The notes: generated by a model not told the origin, from the letters alone. A stretch of 64,000 bases of DNA from an uncultured Actinomycetota bacterium (GCA_963743915.1 CAVURN010000003.1:224001-288000); one strand, 5' to 3'; numbered from the stretch's first letter, positions 51,709 through 62,751 are shown. Numbers and translations are program-made.

Positions 51709-52505
51709 AGGCTGAGCAGCTCCTCGAGCACAAGGGCGACGCCGTCGTCCTCGATCGAAGGAGCGTGCACGTCGGCAGCGGCCAGGACCATCGGGTGCGC
51801 GTTGCCCACCGCGTAACCGGTTCCCGCCCAACGCAGCATCTCGACGTCGTTCGGCATGTCGCCGAAGGCAACCACCTCGTCCTGGGCGATCCCCCACCGC
51901 TGCGCGAGCAGCGCCAGTGTCGTCCCCTTGGTGACGCCGAGCGCACTCAGCTCGAGGAGGGAGTCGTTGACGTCGGAGTGCGTCACCTCGACAACGCCGG
52001 ACAGCGCGGGGGCGGCAAGCTCGAGCATCACGTCGCCGGGCAGCACCTCGTCACGCACGAGCAGCTTGGCGATGTCGTCGGTCAGCAACCCGTGAATCGG
52101 ACCGGTCGTCGTCGGCTCGTGAACGTCCCAGCGTGGCCGGTAGGTCGGTTCGTAGCTGAACCCCGACAGCGACTCGACGGCGAACGCCGAGTTCGGCAGC
52201 ACCTCCCGCACCCGGTCGACCGCGTCAGCCGCGAGCGCACCGGACATGCCGAACAGCTCCAGCACCGCCTCGTCAGCCATGTCGTAGATGAAGGCCCCGT
52301 TGCCACAGATGCCGACGCCTGCGTGACCGGTCGCCTCCGCCACCTCGGGCATCCAGCGGGGTGGGCGTCCGGTGACGAAGACGATCCGGATGTCGTCCTC
52401 CAGCGCCGCGGCGAACGCCTCGAGCACGCGCTCGGACACCGAGCCGTCATGACGCACGATGGTGCCGTCGAGGTCGGTGGCGATCAGCCGGGGGCGCGGG
52501 TTCAC
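51705..52505 (-). CDS. Cof-type HAD-IIB hydrolase
   Basis: TDLDGT, VTGRP, KG, FGDMPND. Confidence 0.92.
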   Translation of the reverse strand: MNPRPRLIATDLDGTIVRHDGSVSERVLEAFAAALEDDIRIVFVTGRPPRWMPEVAEATGHAGVGICGNGAFIYDMADEAVLELFGMSGALAADAVDRVREVLPNSAFAVESLSGFSYEPTYRPRWDVHEPTTTGPIHGLLTDDIAKLLVRDEVLPGDVMLELAAPALSGVVEVTHSDVNDSLLELSALGVTKGTTLALLAQRWGIAQDEVVAFGDMPNDVEMLRWAGTGYAVGNAHPMVLAAADVHAPSIEDDGVALVLEELLSL

Positions 52506-52559
52506 CTGACCATCATCGCTGGTCGTCGCTAAGGTGCCACCACACGGAAGGGGATCGGC

Positions 52560-53924
52560 GTGACGCAGCCCAAGCAGCACAAGATCGTTCTCGACGAGTC
52601 GGAGATGCCGACGCAGTGGTACAACATCGTGCCCGACCTGCCGTCACCGCCGCCGCCACCACTGCACCCGGGAACGCATCAGCCGGTCGGCCCTGACGAC
52701 CTCGCGCCGCTCTTCCCGATGGACCTGATCCTGCAAGAGGTCTCCTCCGACCGGTTCATCGACATCCCGGACGAGGTGCAGGACATCTACCGCCTGTGGC
52801 GACCGTCGCCGCTGTTCCGTGCGCACCGCCTCGAAGCGGCGCTCGAGACGCCCGCGCGCATCTACTACAAGTACGAAGGCGTCTCACCGGCGGGCTCGCA
52901 CAAGCCCAACACCGCCGTCCCGCAGGCGTACTACAACGCCAAGGCCGGTGTCACCAAGCTCACCACCGAGACCGGTGCCGGGCAGTGGGGGACGGCGCTC
53001 GCGCTGGCCTGCACGATGTTCGGCATCGAGTGCGAGGTGTGGCAGGTGGGGGCGTCCTACGACCAGAAGCCCTACCGGCGGATGATGATCGAGACGTTCG
53101 GCGCGACCGTCCACCGGTCACCGTCCGAGCTCACCGAGGCGGGGCGCGGCTACCTCGCCGCCGACCCCCACCACACCGGCTCGCTCGGCATCGCGATCAG
53201 CGAGGCGGTCGAGGTCGCGGTCAAGGAGCCGGAGACGCGCTACGCCTTGGGCAGCGTGCTCAACCACGTCCTGCTGCACCAGACGATCATCGGTGAAGAG
53301 GCGCTGCGCCAGTTCGCCAAGATCGGGGAGACACCTGACGTCATCGTCGGGTGCACCGGTGGCGGTTCCAACTTCGGAGGACTCGCCTTCCCGTTCCTGC
53401 GCGAGAAGCTCGCCGGCACCATGGACCCGCACATCCGCGCGGTCGAGCCGGCGTCCTGTCCGTCCCTGACGCACGGCACCTATGCCTATGACTTCGGTGA
53501 CGCCGCCGGGATGACGCCGCTGATGAAGATGCACACGCTCGGCCACGACTTCGTGCCCGACCCGATCCACGCCGGTGGCCTGCGCTATCACGGCATGTCG
53601 CCGCTCATCTCGCACATCTACGAGCTCGGCCTGATGGACGCCGTCGCGATCGGTCAGAGCGAGTGCTTCGCCGCGGGCACCCAGTTCGCCCGCACCGAGG
53701 GCATCGTGCCGGCACCCGAGCCGACCCATGCCCTGGCCGAAACGGTGCGCGAGGCTCAGCGGTGCAAGGACACCGGTGAGGAGAAGGTGATCCTCACCGC
53801 CCTCTGCGGCCACGGCCACTTCGACCTCGCCGCGTACGACGCCTACCTGTCCGGGTCGATGGCCGACGAGCCGGTGTCGGAGGAGCGGTTCGCCGCGGCC
53901 CTGGAGACCGTTCCTGCCCTCTGA
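52560..53924 (+). CDS. trpB2: TrpB2-type tryptophan synthase beta-like PLP enzyme
   Basis: [51 protein letters not shown]. Confidence 0.93.
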   Translation: MTQPKQHKIVLDESEMPTQWYNIVPDLPSPPPPPLHPGTHQPVGPDDLAPLFPMDLILQEVSSDRFIDIPDEVQDIYRLWRPSPLFRAHRLEAALETPARIYYKYEGVSPAGSHKPNTAVPQAYYNAKAGVTKLTTETGAGQWGTALALACTMFGIECEVWQVGASYDQKPYRRMMIETFGATVHRSPSELTEAGRGYLAADPHHTGSLGIAISEAVEVAVKEPETRYALGSVLNHVLLHQTIIGEEALRQFAKIGETPDVIVGCTGGGSNFGGLAFPFLREKLAGTMDPHIRAVEPASCPSLTHGTYAYDFGDAAGMTPLMKMHTLGHDFVPDPIHAGGLRYHGMSPLISHIYELGLMDAVAIGQSECFAAGTQFARTEGIVPAPEPTHALAETVREAQRCKDTGEEKVILTALCGHGHFDLAAYDAYLSGSMADEPVSEERFAAALETVPAL

Positions 53925-53942
53925 GGAGAGATTCCCCGGGCT

Positions 53943-54614
53943 TCAGGTCGGGCGTGCGGCGTGCCGCGCGGCCCATCGACGCCCGGCCAGAGCCGTGACC
54001 CGACCGATCGCCGCTCCGGACACCACACCGGCCGCCACATCGCCCGGATAGTGCACGCCCGTGTAGACCCGGGAGAACGCTACGGTCGACCCGGCCAGCC
54101 ACAAGGGCCACCGCAGCGCAGGGAGCACGTCGCCCACAGCGACAGCGAAGGTCGCGGCCGAGGCCGAGTGGCCCGAGGGGAACGAGCTGGATGTCGGCAT
54201 CCGCACCCATCGGAGTTCTGGAACACCGGCTTCCTCTCGGTCAGGGCGGGGACGGTCGCCGGCCAGCTTCATGGGTTGGTTGACCACCAGCGATGTGACG
54301 CCGATCGCCGCCACACCCGTCGCCGCGGCCCGCCGACCCCGTGGCCCGCCCACGAGTGCGAGGACCCCGGCCACGGCGAACCAGAGCTTGGAGTGGTTGG
54401 CGAAGTGCGACAGCCGGCGGAGCGGGGCATCCAGCGCAGGCGTCGACATGCCGGCGACCTGGTCGTAGACCGCGCGGTCCCACCGGCCCAGGGTGCGGAG
54501 ACCTCGCACCGCCGGGTCCCGCACCCGGCCGCTGGTGGCCTCCGCGTCCCCGCTGCGTGTCTCGATCGTGTCGGCGAGCCGGTCCTCCGGCGTCTCCGGG
54601 ATGTCGACCCTCAC
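53943..54614 (-). CDS. PAP2 family phosphatase
   Basis: K..... RPRP, SFPSGHS, SRVYTGVHYPGDV. Confidence 0.9.
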   Translation of the reverse strand: MRVDIPETPEDRLADTIETRSGDAEATSGRVRDPAVRGLRTLGRWDRAVYDQVAGMSTPALDAPLRRLSHFANHSKLWFAVAGVLALVGGPRGRRAAATGVAAIGVTSLVVNQPMKLAGDRPRPDREEAGVPELRWVRMPTSSSFPSGHSASAATFAVAVGDVLPALRWPLWLAGSTVAFSRVYTGVHYPGDVAAGVVSGAAIGRVTALAGRRWAARHAARPT

Positions 54615-55969
54615 GGCGCGCCCACCGCGTGACCCAGGGCCACCCTCACGAGGTCTGGCACGGTGTCACGCGTCGAACGTCGCGCTGCCTGACCCGCGGG
54701 TGAGACACCCGATGCGCTTCGTGGGAGACGCACAGTCAACGCCGCCGAGCGGATCGTGAAGCGCAGCGGCGGCTGCATGCTGAGCGCTTCCCCGTCGACG
54801 CCGATCTCCACCGGGCCGTCAGAGCGCACTTCGAACTCAGGGGCCGTCCACTCCTGCCATCCGGAGAAACGCCGGACCTGCCCGACCGCCTCGAGGGCCG
54901 CCAGCTTCTCGACGTCGACGGCGCCCCTCACGCGCACCGAGGTGATCCCCAGCACCCCGGCGTCGATCCGCGCACGGGTGCCGGCACCACGAAGACGATG
55001 GAGCTCGTAGGCGTTGTTCGACACCAGGATCAGCTGAGCGGTCTCGGCCACCTCGCCCGACGGCAGGGTGAAGCGCAGGTCCAGCGGTACGGCGTCAGGA
55101 CCCAGGATGTCCGGCAGCATGTCGGCGGCCGTCTGAATCTTCGCGTCACGGTACTCAGCCGACTGGACCACCTTCGCGTAGACGCCCATCGAGGCGTTGT
55201 TCACGAAGACTCGACCATTGACCTCGGCCAGATCGATCACCCGCTCGACGCCGTCGCCGAAAGCGTCGAGAGCCCCGACGACGTCGTCGCGGTCGAGCCC
55301 CAGATCGAGCGCGAAATGGTTGCGCGTGCCTGCCGGGATGACGACATGAGGGACGCCGTGCTTGCTGGCAACCGATGCCACAAGGGCCTGGGAGCCATCA
55401 CCTCCGGCCATGCCGATGACGTCCGCTCCCCGGGCGACGGCGCCCTCCGCAAGGGCGAGCAGGTCGTCACCGGGCTCGAGCACGATCGGCTCGATCCCCC
55501 GCTCGCGGCACCGGGCCTTCAGGTCGAACTTCTCCGCCTTCCCCCCGCCCGAGCGCAGGTTCATGATGAGCACCGGACGTTGCGCCGGTGGAGCAGCCGG
55601 TCCTTCGCCGCGAGCGTCGGGTTCCGCATGCGGGAACACCGCGTCGGTCGCAGCGACCGACGCCGCGGCCAGCAGCAGCGTCACGACCAGGACCCAGAGG
55701 CTGTTGCTGGCGACCAGCACCCACACGAAGCTCCCGAGTCCGAGCACCACAGCCGCGGCGGCAACGGCGCGTCTGGCACCGCGCCGGGACAGCACGTACC
55801 AGGATCCGACGACGACGAAGCTCAGTGACACCAGGCTGATGATGAGCACCTCCCAGCGCCCAAAGAGCGCACCGACGAGCGCCAGGACGGTGCCGGCAAG
55901 CCCCGCGAGCGCCAGTGCGGCGTACAGGCGCCGTGCCGTCGTGGGCCGCTCAGCAGGTCGGTCGGTCAT
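54611..55969 (-). CDS. diacylglycerol/lipid kinase family protein with N-terminal TMs
   Basis: NLRSGGG, AGGDGS, PAGTRNHFA, VDGE. Confidence 0.9.
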   Translation of the reverse strand: MTDRPAERPTTARRLYAALALAGLAGTVLALVGALFGRWEVLIISLVSLSFVVVGSWYVLSRRGARRAVAAAAVVLGLGSFVWVLVASNSLWVLVVTLLLAAASVAATDAVFPHAEPDARGEGPAAPPAQRPVLIMNLRSGGGKAEKFDLKARCRERGIEPIVLEPGDDLLALAEGAVARGADVIGMAGGDGSQALVASVASKHGVPHVVIPAGTRNHFALDLGLDRDDVVGALDAFGDGVERVIDLAEVNGRVFVNNASMGVYAKVVQSAEYRDAKIQTAADMLPDILGPDAVPLDLRFTLPSGEVAETAQLILVSNNAYELHRLRGAGTRARIDAGVLGITSVRVRGAVDVEKLAALEAVGQVRRFSGWQEWTAPEFEVRSDGPVEIGVDGEALSMQPPLRFTIRSAALTVRLPRSASGVSPAGQAARRSTRDTVPDLVRVALGHAVGAP

Positions 55970-57719
55970 GCGTCTCCTCCGGGGGTCGCCAGCGCACGCC
56001 CGTCTCTTCGCGGTAGCGAGCGACGGCGTCGTCCAACGTGGGGAAGAAGTGGGCGGGGTCGATGGTGCGGGTCAGCTCGTAGCGCTCGATCTTGTCACGC
56101 ACCGGGTCCTTCATCTCGGCGAAGACCAGCGAGATGCCGCGCTCGTTAAGCCACTCGTCGAGCTCCTGCAGCATGTCGGACGCTGTCGTGTCGACATCGG
56201 TGATCGGTCCGGCTGAGATCAGGATCCACTTGAGGTCGGGGTGCTCCTCAGCGATGGCGCGCATCTCGTCCGCGAAGGTCCTCGAGTTCGCGAAGATCAG
56301 TGGGGCGTCGAACCGGTAGATCATCAGACCGGGAAGCTGGTCGGCGCCGGGGTAGCTCGTGGTGTCGTGCAGTCCGGCGATGCCCTCCACCTTGCCGAGC
56401 TCGGCCTGGTACGGCCACCACACCTTGCGGAAGACGTTCAGGATCGACAGCCCGACAGCGATCACGATGCCCGGCAGGACACCGAGCAGGGCGACTCCGA
56501 GCAGGGCGATGATCGAGAGCGCGAACTCGACCCGGCGCTGCTGCCAGAGTCGACGAGTCGCAGGGAGGTCCGCCAGCGAGAGAGCAGCCGCGATCACCAC
56601 GGCTCCAAGGGTCGGCTGGGGGACGTACTGCATGACCTCCGTGGCGAACACGATGACGACGGTGATGACGGCCGCTCCCACCAGCCCGGTCACCTGTGAG
56701 CGAGATCCCGCGGTGTCGGCCACTGCCGTGCGCGATCCGCTCGTGCTCACCGGGAAGCCCTGGAAGAAGCCGGCCGCGATGTTGGCGGCGCCGATACCGA
56801 TCATCTCCTGGTTCCCGCGTACCCGCTCACCGTGACGTGCGGCGAAAGACGACGCCGTCGACATCGTGTCGGCGAGAGCGATGAGTGCGATGGCCATGGC
56901 CCCCGCGAGCAACGTGGACACGTCGGAGAGGTCGACGCTGGGAATGGTGAACGGCGGAAAGCCCTGCGGCAGGACGCCGATCGTGTCGACCCCGTCGTCC
57001 TCGAGGTTCAGCACGTTGACAGCCAGAGACGCGAGCACCACCGCAACGAGGACCGCGGGAACCTTCGGCATCAACCGCTGCAGCAGCAGGATGCCGACCA
57101 GGGACGAGACGCCGATGACGGCTGCCGTGCTGTTCGTGGCACCCTCGGCCACCCCCTCCAGGAAGCCGGTGAGCTCATCGATGAGCCCGTCTGCGTCTAC
57201 CGAGAACCCCAGCAGCTTCGGCAGCTGTCCGACGACGATCGTCAGGGCCAGACCGTTGAGGTAACCGATCTGGGTGGGCTTGGAGAGCAGGTCGGCGACG
57301 AAGCCGAACTTGGCGATCCCGGCCACCGTCATGATGAGGCCGACGAGGATGCCGAGGAACGAGGCCAGGGCCACGGCGCGGGCCGGGTCCCCGTCGGCCA
57401 GCAGCAGCGGAGCGATCGTCGCGGCGATCATCGGCCCCAGGGACGAGTCGGGGCCGAGCACGAGCACCCGGGATGGGCCGAAGATGGCATAGCCCACCAG
57501 ACACAGGATTGAGGTGTACAGACCGGTGATCGCGGGGAGACCCGCCAGCTCGGCGTAGGCCATGCCCTGCGGCACGAGCAGGGCCGAGAGCACGAGCCCG
57601 GCCACGACGTCCTTGCTCAGCCACGCCCGCTCGTAGGACTTGAGTGCCTCGAGACCGGGGACGTAGGCGAGCACGCTGCCACCATGGGCGGCGTTCGGCC
57701 CCTTCGTGCGCGTCGTCAC
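55950..57719 (-). CDS. SulP family anion transporter with STAS domain
   Basis: VPQGMAYAELAGLP, STSGSRT, RFDAPLIFAN. Confidence 0.92.
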   Translation of the reverse strand: MTTRTKGPNAAHGGSVLAYVPGLEALKSYERAWLSKDVVAGLVLSALLVPQGMAYAELAGLPAITGLYTSILCLVGYAIFGPSRVLVLGPDSSLGPMIAATIAPLLLADGDPARAVALASFLGILVGLIMTVAGIAKFGFVADLLSKPTQIGYLNGLALTIVVGQLPKLLGFSVDADGLIDELTGFLEGVAEGATNSTAAVIGVSSLVGILLLQRLMPKVPAVLVAVVLASLAVNVLNLEDDGVDTIGVLPQGFPPFTIPSVDLSDVSTLLAGAMAIALIALADTMSTASSFAARHGERVRGNQEMIGIGAANIAAGFFQGFPVSTSGSRTAVADTAGSRSQVTGLVGAAVITVVIVFATEVMQYVPQPTLGAVVIAAALSLADLPATRRLWQQRRVEFALSIIALLGVALLGVLPGIVIAVGLSILNVFRKVWWPYQAELGKVEGIAGLHDTTSYPGADQLPGLMIYRFDAPLIFANSRTFADEMRAIAEEHPDLKWILISAGPITDVDTTASDMLQELDEWLNERGISLVFAEMKDPVRDKIERYELTRTIDPAHFFPTLDDAVARYREETGVRWRPPEETHDRPTC

Positions 57720-57781
57720 CTTGTCAGTCCCCAGTTCGCAGCATCAACGCGCCACGATGCCATCGCGTCGGGCCTGTGTCG

Positions 57782-59050
57782 TCACCTCGGTTGGATGACG
57801 TCGGTGCCGACGGTTGCCTGCAGCGGCTCCGGAACCCGCACCGAGCCGTCCGGCTGCTGGTGGTTCTCCAGAATCGAGACGATCACCCGCGGGATCGCGA
57901 CCAGGGTGCCGTTCAAGGTCGCGACCGGACGCGTGGCGTCACCGTCACGCACGCGGACGCCGAGGCGTCGCGCCTGGTACTCGGTGCAGTTCGAGGTGGA
58001 GGTCACCTCGCGGTACTTGCCCTGCGTCGGGACCCACGCCTCGATGTCGTACTTGCGCGAGGCGCTCGAGCCGAGATCGCCGGTGGCGACATCGATCACG
58101 CGGTACGGCACGTCCAGCTGGTCGAGGAACTGCCGCTCCCACGCCAGGAGGCGCTGGTGCTCGGCGACGGCGTCCTCGGGGCGGCAGAAGGTGAACATCT
58201 CGATCTTGTCGAACTGGTGCACGCGGATGATGCCGCGGGTGTCCTTGCCGTACGTGCCCGCCTCACGGCGAAAACAGGTGGAGATGCCCGCATACCGGAG
58301 CGGCAACGCATCGGCGTCCAGGATCTCGTCGGAGTGGTACGCGGCGAGCGAGACCTCCGAGGTGCCGATCAGGTAGAAGTCGTCGTGCTCGAGGTGGAAG
58401 ACGTTCTCCGCCGCCTGACCGAGGAAGCCGGTGCCCTCCATGGCCGGCGGCTTGACGAGCACCGGCGTGACCATCGGCGTGAACCCAGCTGCGACGGCTT
58501 GCTGCACGGCGAGGTTGATCAGAGCCAGCTCGAGCAGCGCGCCGGGACCGGTGAGGTAGAAGAAGCGGGCGCCGGAGACCTTGGCCCCTCGTTCGACGTC
58601 GATGGCGCCGAGCATCTTGCCGAGGTCGACGTGGTCGCGCGGCTCGAAGCCCTCGGCGGCGAAGTCACGTGGTGTGCCCGAGTGCTCGAGGACGACAAAG
58701 TCGTCCTCGGTGCCGACCGGGGCGTCCGGCTCGACGATGTTGGACAGCTGCAGCTGCACTTCGCGCAGGCGTTCCTCCGCCTGGCGGACCGCGTACTCGG
58801 CGTCCTTGACCTGCCCGGCGAGCTCCTTGGTGGTGCTGAGCAGCTGCTGCTTCTGCTCCCCCTCGGAGCCGGCGACCAGCTTGCCGAACGCCTTCTGCTC
58901 GGCCCGCAGCTCCTCGAAGCGGACGATCGAGGCCCGGCGCTGCTCGTCAGCAGCGATCGCGGCGTCCACCAGGTCCGGGTCCTCGCCGCGCGCGACCTGC
59001 GAACGGCGGACGGCGTCCGGGTCGTCACGGAGCAGCTTGAGATCGAGCAC
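57782..59050 (-). CDS. serS: serine--tRNA ligase
   Basis: [45 protein letters not shown]. Confidence 0.98.
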   Translation of the reverse strand: MLDLKLLRDDPDAVRRSQVARGEDPDLVDAAIAADEQRRASIVRFEELRAEQKAFGKLVAGSEGEQKQQLLSTTKELAGQVKDAEYAVRQAEERLREVQLQLSNIVEPDAPVGTEDDFVVLEHSGTPRDFAAEGFEPRDHVDLGKMLGAIDVERGAKVSGARFFYLTGPGALLELALINLAVQQAVAAGFTPMVTPVLVKPPAMEGTGFLGQAAENVFHLEHDDFYLIGTSEVSLAAYHSDEILDADALPLRYAGISTCFRREAGTYGKDTRGIIRVHQFDKIEMFTFCRPEDAVAEHQRLLAWERQFLDQLDVPYRVIDVATGDLGSSASRKYDIEAWVPTQGKYREVTSTSNCTEYQARRLGVRVRDGDATRPVATLNGTLVAIPRVIVSILENHQQPDGSVRVPEPLQATVGTDVIQPR

Positions 59051-59129
59051 GGGGTGAGCCTACCCAGGGTTCGGCCCACGGCTCCCGGTCATTTTCGTGG
59101 GGAAGGCCGTGCGTCGACGATTCCCTCGG

Positions 59130-61151
59130 TCAACGCGGGGAGGGTGACATGGCACCCCTGTGCGTCGGTGCGGCCGCAGGGGCGCCACTGCCAGCGACGC
59201 GGCGGCGGAACGAGAGCTGCAGCAGCACCTCGGGCAGCGCGTCGGACGCCACGGGTCGCGACCACAGGTAGCCCTGTCCGATGTCACACCCGAGCTCGCG
59301 GAGCCGATCGGTGACCTCGGAGTCCTCCACGCCCTCGGCGACCACCTCGAGCCCGAACTCGTGGGCAAGGTCGACCATCGCCTTGACCAGGGTGGCGCCG
59401 CCGGGATCGTCGGCGAGCCGGCGGGTGAACGAGCGGTCGATCTTCAGGGTCGAGAGCGGCATCGACTCCAGCTGCGACATCGAGGTGTAACCCGTCCCGA
59501 AGTCATCCACGGCCAGCGTCACGCCGAGACCGGCGATCTTGTGCATCATCTGGTGGCTGCGCACGGGGTCCTCGATGAGCGCGCTCTCCGTCACCTCGAG
59601 CTCGAGCCGGTGCGGCTCGATCAGGTGACTGGCCAAGATGTCCTCGAGGAACTCGTCGAAGTTCGGTTCGAGCAGATTGCGCGCCGACAGGTTCACGGCC
59701 ACCGGCAGATGAGCGAACTCCGCGTCGATGCGGTCCCACTCGGCCATCTGCGCGCACACCATCTCCAGCACGTAGCGGGTCAGACCCTGGATCAGGCCGG
59801 TGTTCTCCGCCAAGGGGATGAAGTCGTTCGGCGGGATGTTTCCCCGCTCGGGGTGCATCCACCGCAGCAAGGCCTCGGTCCCGATGACCTGGTCGGACGC
59901 GAGGTCGATCTTCGGCTGGTAGTGGATGGACAGCTGTTTGGTCCCCAGCGCGTTCCGAAGGTCCCCGAGCAGCTGCAGCCGCTCCGCAGAGTTGCCGTCG
60001 TCGCCGGGGCGGTAGAGCAGCGCACCCAGGTGCGTCGACTTCGCCGCATACATCGCGGTGTCGGCGCGCTGCATCAGCTCGGTCGCGTCCTCGGCGTGCT
60101 CGGGGAGCATGGCGATGCCGATGCTCGACTCGACGTGCAGCAGGAGGTCCCCGACCTGGAACGCCTCGTCGAAGGCAGAATGCACTCGGGCCGCGAGCCG
60201 CTCGGCGTCCAGCGTCGACCCGATGTCGGGGGCCAGCACGGCGAACTCGTCACCGCCGAGACGGGCCACCGTGTCGGCTTCGCGCACGACGTTCTCGAGC
60301 CTCTTGGCGACCTCGATCAGCAGGGCGTCACCACGGTCATGGCCCAGGGTGTCGTTGACCTCCTTGAACCGGTCGACGTCCAGGATCATCAGTCCGACGT
60401 TCTTGTTCGCGCGCTGGCCGGCGACGATCGCTCGGTCGAGGCGGTCTTGCAGCAGTCGACGGTTCGGCAGACCGGTCAGTGCGTCGTGCAGGGCGAGGCG
60501 CTCGTTCTCATCGGCCTGCGTGCGCAGTGTGAAGCTGGTGCGGTGCACCGTGCGGAAGAGCAGCAGCCAGGCGAGCAGTGCCGCGACCGCGATGACCGCA
60601 GCGACGGTGAGGACGGCTCGTTCGACGACGGCCTCCTTCTCGTCCCAGGGGATGTGCACCTCGGCGATGCCGTAGGCGCCTGCCAGACGATCGCCGTAGA
60701 CGACCGGGACCGTCACCTCGAGCACATTGCCGTCGTCGGTGCGCACGACGTCGGAGACAGGGGCGAGCCGGTCGAGTGCCTGGTCGATCCTGGCGCGGTC
60801 GGCGATCGGGGCGTCCAGCGGGGCGCCGGCACTGGTCCAGAGCGGCGTCCCCTCATTGCTGTACAGCGACAGACTGTCGAGCACCTGGACGCTGTTGATG
60901 CGTGCGATGGAGTCCAGAGAGTTGAGCACCGCGGGGGACACCGACGAGGGATCTCTCCAGAAGCTGATCGCCTCGGTGTCGATCTTGGACTGGACGCCCT
61001 GCGCCACGTACGCCTCGGCCAGGTTCTCCCCGTCCAGCTGCGCCTGGCTCTCCAGCGTGGACGCGAACAGCCAGGTGATGGCCACCGCAAGCAGCACCAT
61101 GGTCGTCAGACTGACCACGGCGAATGTCCCGGTCAGGCTCATTCGGCGCAC
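59130..61151 (-). CDS. membrane-bound diguanylate cyclase/phosphodiesterase (GGDEF-EAL)
   Basis: two TMs flanking a sensor region; HDALTGLPNR, RxxD I-site + GGDEF, EALLRW, DDFGTG, KIDRSF, AEGVE, QG. Confidence 0.95.
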   Translation of the reverse strand: MRRMSLTGTFAVVSLTTMVLLAVAITWLFASTLESQAQLDGENLAEAYVAQGVQSKIDTEAISFWRDPSSVSPAVLNSLDSIARINSVQVLDSLSLYSNEGTPLWTSAGAPLDAPIADRARIDQALDRLAPVSDVVRTDDGNVLEVTVPVVYGDRLAGAYGIAEVHIPWDEKEAVVERAVLTVAAVIAVAALLAWLLLFRTVHRTSFTLRTQADENERLALHDALTGLPNRRLLQDRLDRAIVAGQRANKNVGLMILDVDRFKEVNDTLGHDRGDALLIEVAKRLENVVREADTVARLGGDEFAVLAPDIGSTLDAERLAARVHSAFDEAFQVGDLLLHVESSIGIAMLPEHAEDATELMQRADTAMYAAKSTHLGALLYRPGDDGNSAERLQLLGDLRNALGTKQLSIHYQPKIDLASDQVIGTEALLRWMHPERGNIPPNDFIPLAENTGLIQGLTRYVLEMVCAQMAEWDRIDAEFAHLPVAVNLSARNLLEPNFDEFLEDILASHLIEPHRLELEVTESALIEDPVRSHQMMHKIAGLGVTLAVDDFGTGYTSMSQLESMPLSTLKIDRSFTRRLADDPGGATLVKAMVDLAHEFGLEVVAEGVEDSEVTDRLRELGCDIGQGYLWSRPVASDALPEVLLQLSFRRRVAGSGAPAAAPTHRGAMSPSPR

Positions 61152-61160
61152 GAGTGCCCC

Positions 61161-61187
61161 ATCGGCAGGTCTGACGTGCGGGTTGAG
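61161..61187 (-). promoter_or_regulatory. sigma28 (FliA/WhiG)-type promoter for the GGDEF-EAL gene
   Basis: minus strand CTCAA-N16-GCCGAT, about 10 bp before the GTG start. Confidence 0.65.
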
Positions 61188-61205
61188 CGGGGCCGCCCTC
61201 GGCGG

Positions 61206-62147
61206 TCAGGCGCGCCCCTGGCGGATCCGCGCCAGCCACGCCTGGGCCTCGCGGAACTCCTCGTCGCTGACCCCCCGCCGCACGACCGGCGCTCTGCCGT
61301 CGATCCGGGGGTAGGACCCGAGGTACCGCACCTCCGCGCACACCCTCCGCAGCCCCATCAGCGCCTCACCGACACGGGCATCGTCGACGTGTCCCTCGAC
61401 ATCGACGGAGAAGAAGTAGTCCCCCATGCCTCCGCCGGTGGGTCGGCTCTCGATCCGCGTCAGGTTGACCCCACGCACGGCGAACTCGGTCAGGATCTCC
61501 AGCAGTGCTCCAGGGTGGTCCTCGCCCATGAAGAGCACCAGCGACGTCTTGTCGGCCCCGGTCGCGGGCTGGGGCTCCCGTGGAGTGCTGATGAGCACGA
61601 AGCGGGTCTCGGCCGGGCGGTCGCCGATGTCGGACGCGAGCTCGTCCAGCCCGTACACCTGTGCCGCCAGGGGAGCAGCAACGGCAGCGTCGTGACCGTC
61701 GTGGCCCTCGGCCACCATCGAGGCCGCCATCGCCGTGGACGGTGCGAAGGTCACCTGCGACTCGGGGAGCTCGGCGGCGAGCCACCGACGACATTGGGCG
61801 TGGGCGTGCGGGTGCGTGGCGATCGACCGCACGTCGGTCAGCCGGGTACCCGGGCGGGCGACGAGGGAGAACGTGACCGGTACCTGCGCCTCGGCGAGGA
61901 TTGCCAGCGGCGCACCCGCGGCCAAGGCGTCGATGGTGGCGGTGACCGACCCTTCGATCGAGTTCTCGAGTGGCACCATCGCGCCCACCACTTCGCCGGC
62001 GCGTACGGCGTCCACGGCGGAGTCGACGGACGCGAGGGGCACGACCTCGGCCGGTTGCCCGTCCAGCCACTGCAGGAGCGCCGCCTCGGTGAACGTCCCG
62101 GCCGGGCCCAGGAAGCCGTAGCGGTCGGAGGCGGCGGGAGCAGTCAC
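61206..62147 (-). CDS. pheA: prephenate dehydratase
   Basis: LGPAGTFTE, PLENSIEGSV, TRF, ACT domain NLTRIESRP, YLGSYP. Confidence 0.96.
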   Translation of the reverse strand: MTAPAASDRYGFLGPAGTFTEAALLQWLDGQPAEVVPLASVDSAVDAVRAGEVVGAMVPLENSIEGSVTATIDALAAGAPLAILAEAQVPVTFSLVARPGTRLTDVRSIATHPHAHAQCRRWLAAELPESQVTFAPSTAMAASMVAEGHDGHDAAVAAPLAAQVYGLDELASDIGDRPAETRFVLISTPREPQPATGADKTSLVLFMGEDHPGALLEILTEFAVRGVNLTRIESRPTGGGMGDYFFSVDVEGHVDDARVGEALMGLRRVCAEVRYLGSYPRIDGRAPVVRRGVSDEEFREAQAWLARIRQGRA

Positions 62148-62170
62148 GGCGCGCAGCCTAGGGCACCGAC

Positions 62171-62671
62171 TCAGGCGCGCGCGTGGCTCTGACGGGCGTA
62201 GGAGATCGCCTGCTCCTCCTCCGGGGAGAGGATCGCGTCACTGGCGCCCCCCTTGACGCCTTTGGCGTAGGTGCGGGTCTCGGTACGTCCGTTGATCGAG
62301 CTGATCACGACGCCGTCGCCTGCATCATCGAGAAGTGCGGCCGAGAACGACATGCGGCCGCCCATGTCGTTGAAGGCGTCGTACCGAACGACGGCGACGT
62401 GCCGCAGCGCGTCGGAGAGATCGACCCGCAGCCCACCGACGTCCGCCGACAGTGCCGAGACCTCGGTGCGCAGCTGTTCGACCGCCGCGGTCTTGCGGGC
62501 CACCGCCTCGACGAAGCTCTCACCGTCCCCCCCGTCCTGCAGCACCAGGTACTCGCGGCGCATCCTCCGCAGCTTGCCCAGCGCGACGATTGCGAGCACC
62601 AGGGCGATGAGGGCACCGGCAGCCGCGCCGATGGCGAGCGCGGAGACGATGTCGGGGTCGAGGGCAGACAC
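62171..62671 (-). CDS. DUF4446 family protein
   Basis: N-terminal TM, VVRYDAFNDMGGRMSFS, R.YAK, LSPEE. Confidence 0.85.
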   Translation of the reverse strand: MSALDPDIVSALAIGAAAGALIALVLAIVALGKLRRMRREYLVLQDGGDGESFVEAVARKTAAVEQLRTEVSALSADVGGLRVDLSDALRHVAVVRYDAFNDMGGRMSFSAALLDDAGDGVVISSINGRTETRTYAKGVKGGASDAILSPEEEQAISYARQSHARA

Positions 62672-62751
62672 AGACGTCCCTGGGTGAGTCGGGGTGAGGG
62701 CCCCAGGCTAGCGATCGGTGAGCGTCCGCCCGGCACCACTACAGTCCTGGC

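Noticed and set aside
59160-62192. 1010-aa plus-strand ORF
   Set aside because: Antisense shadow of the GGDEF-EAL gene and pheA caused by high-GC codon bias; no recognisable motifs.
62672-62751. yybP-ykoY Mn riboswitch ahead of the TMEM165/GDT1 gene
   Set aside because: The spacer is only 80 bp, the gene appears leaderless, and no consensus match was seen.
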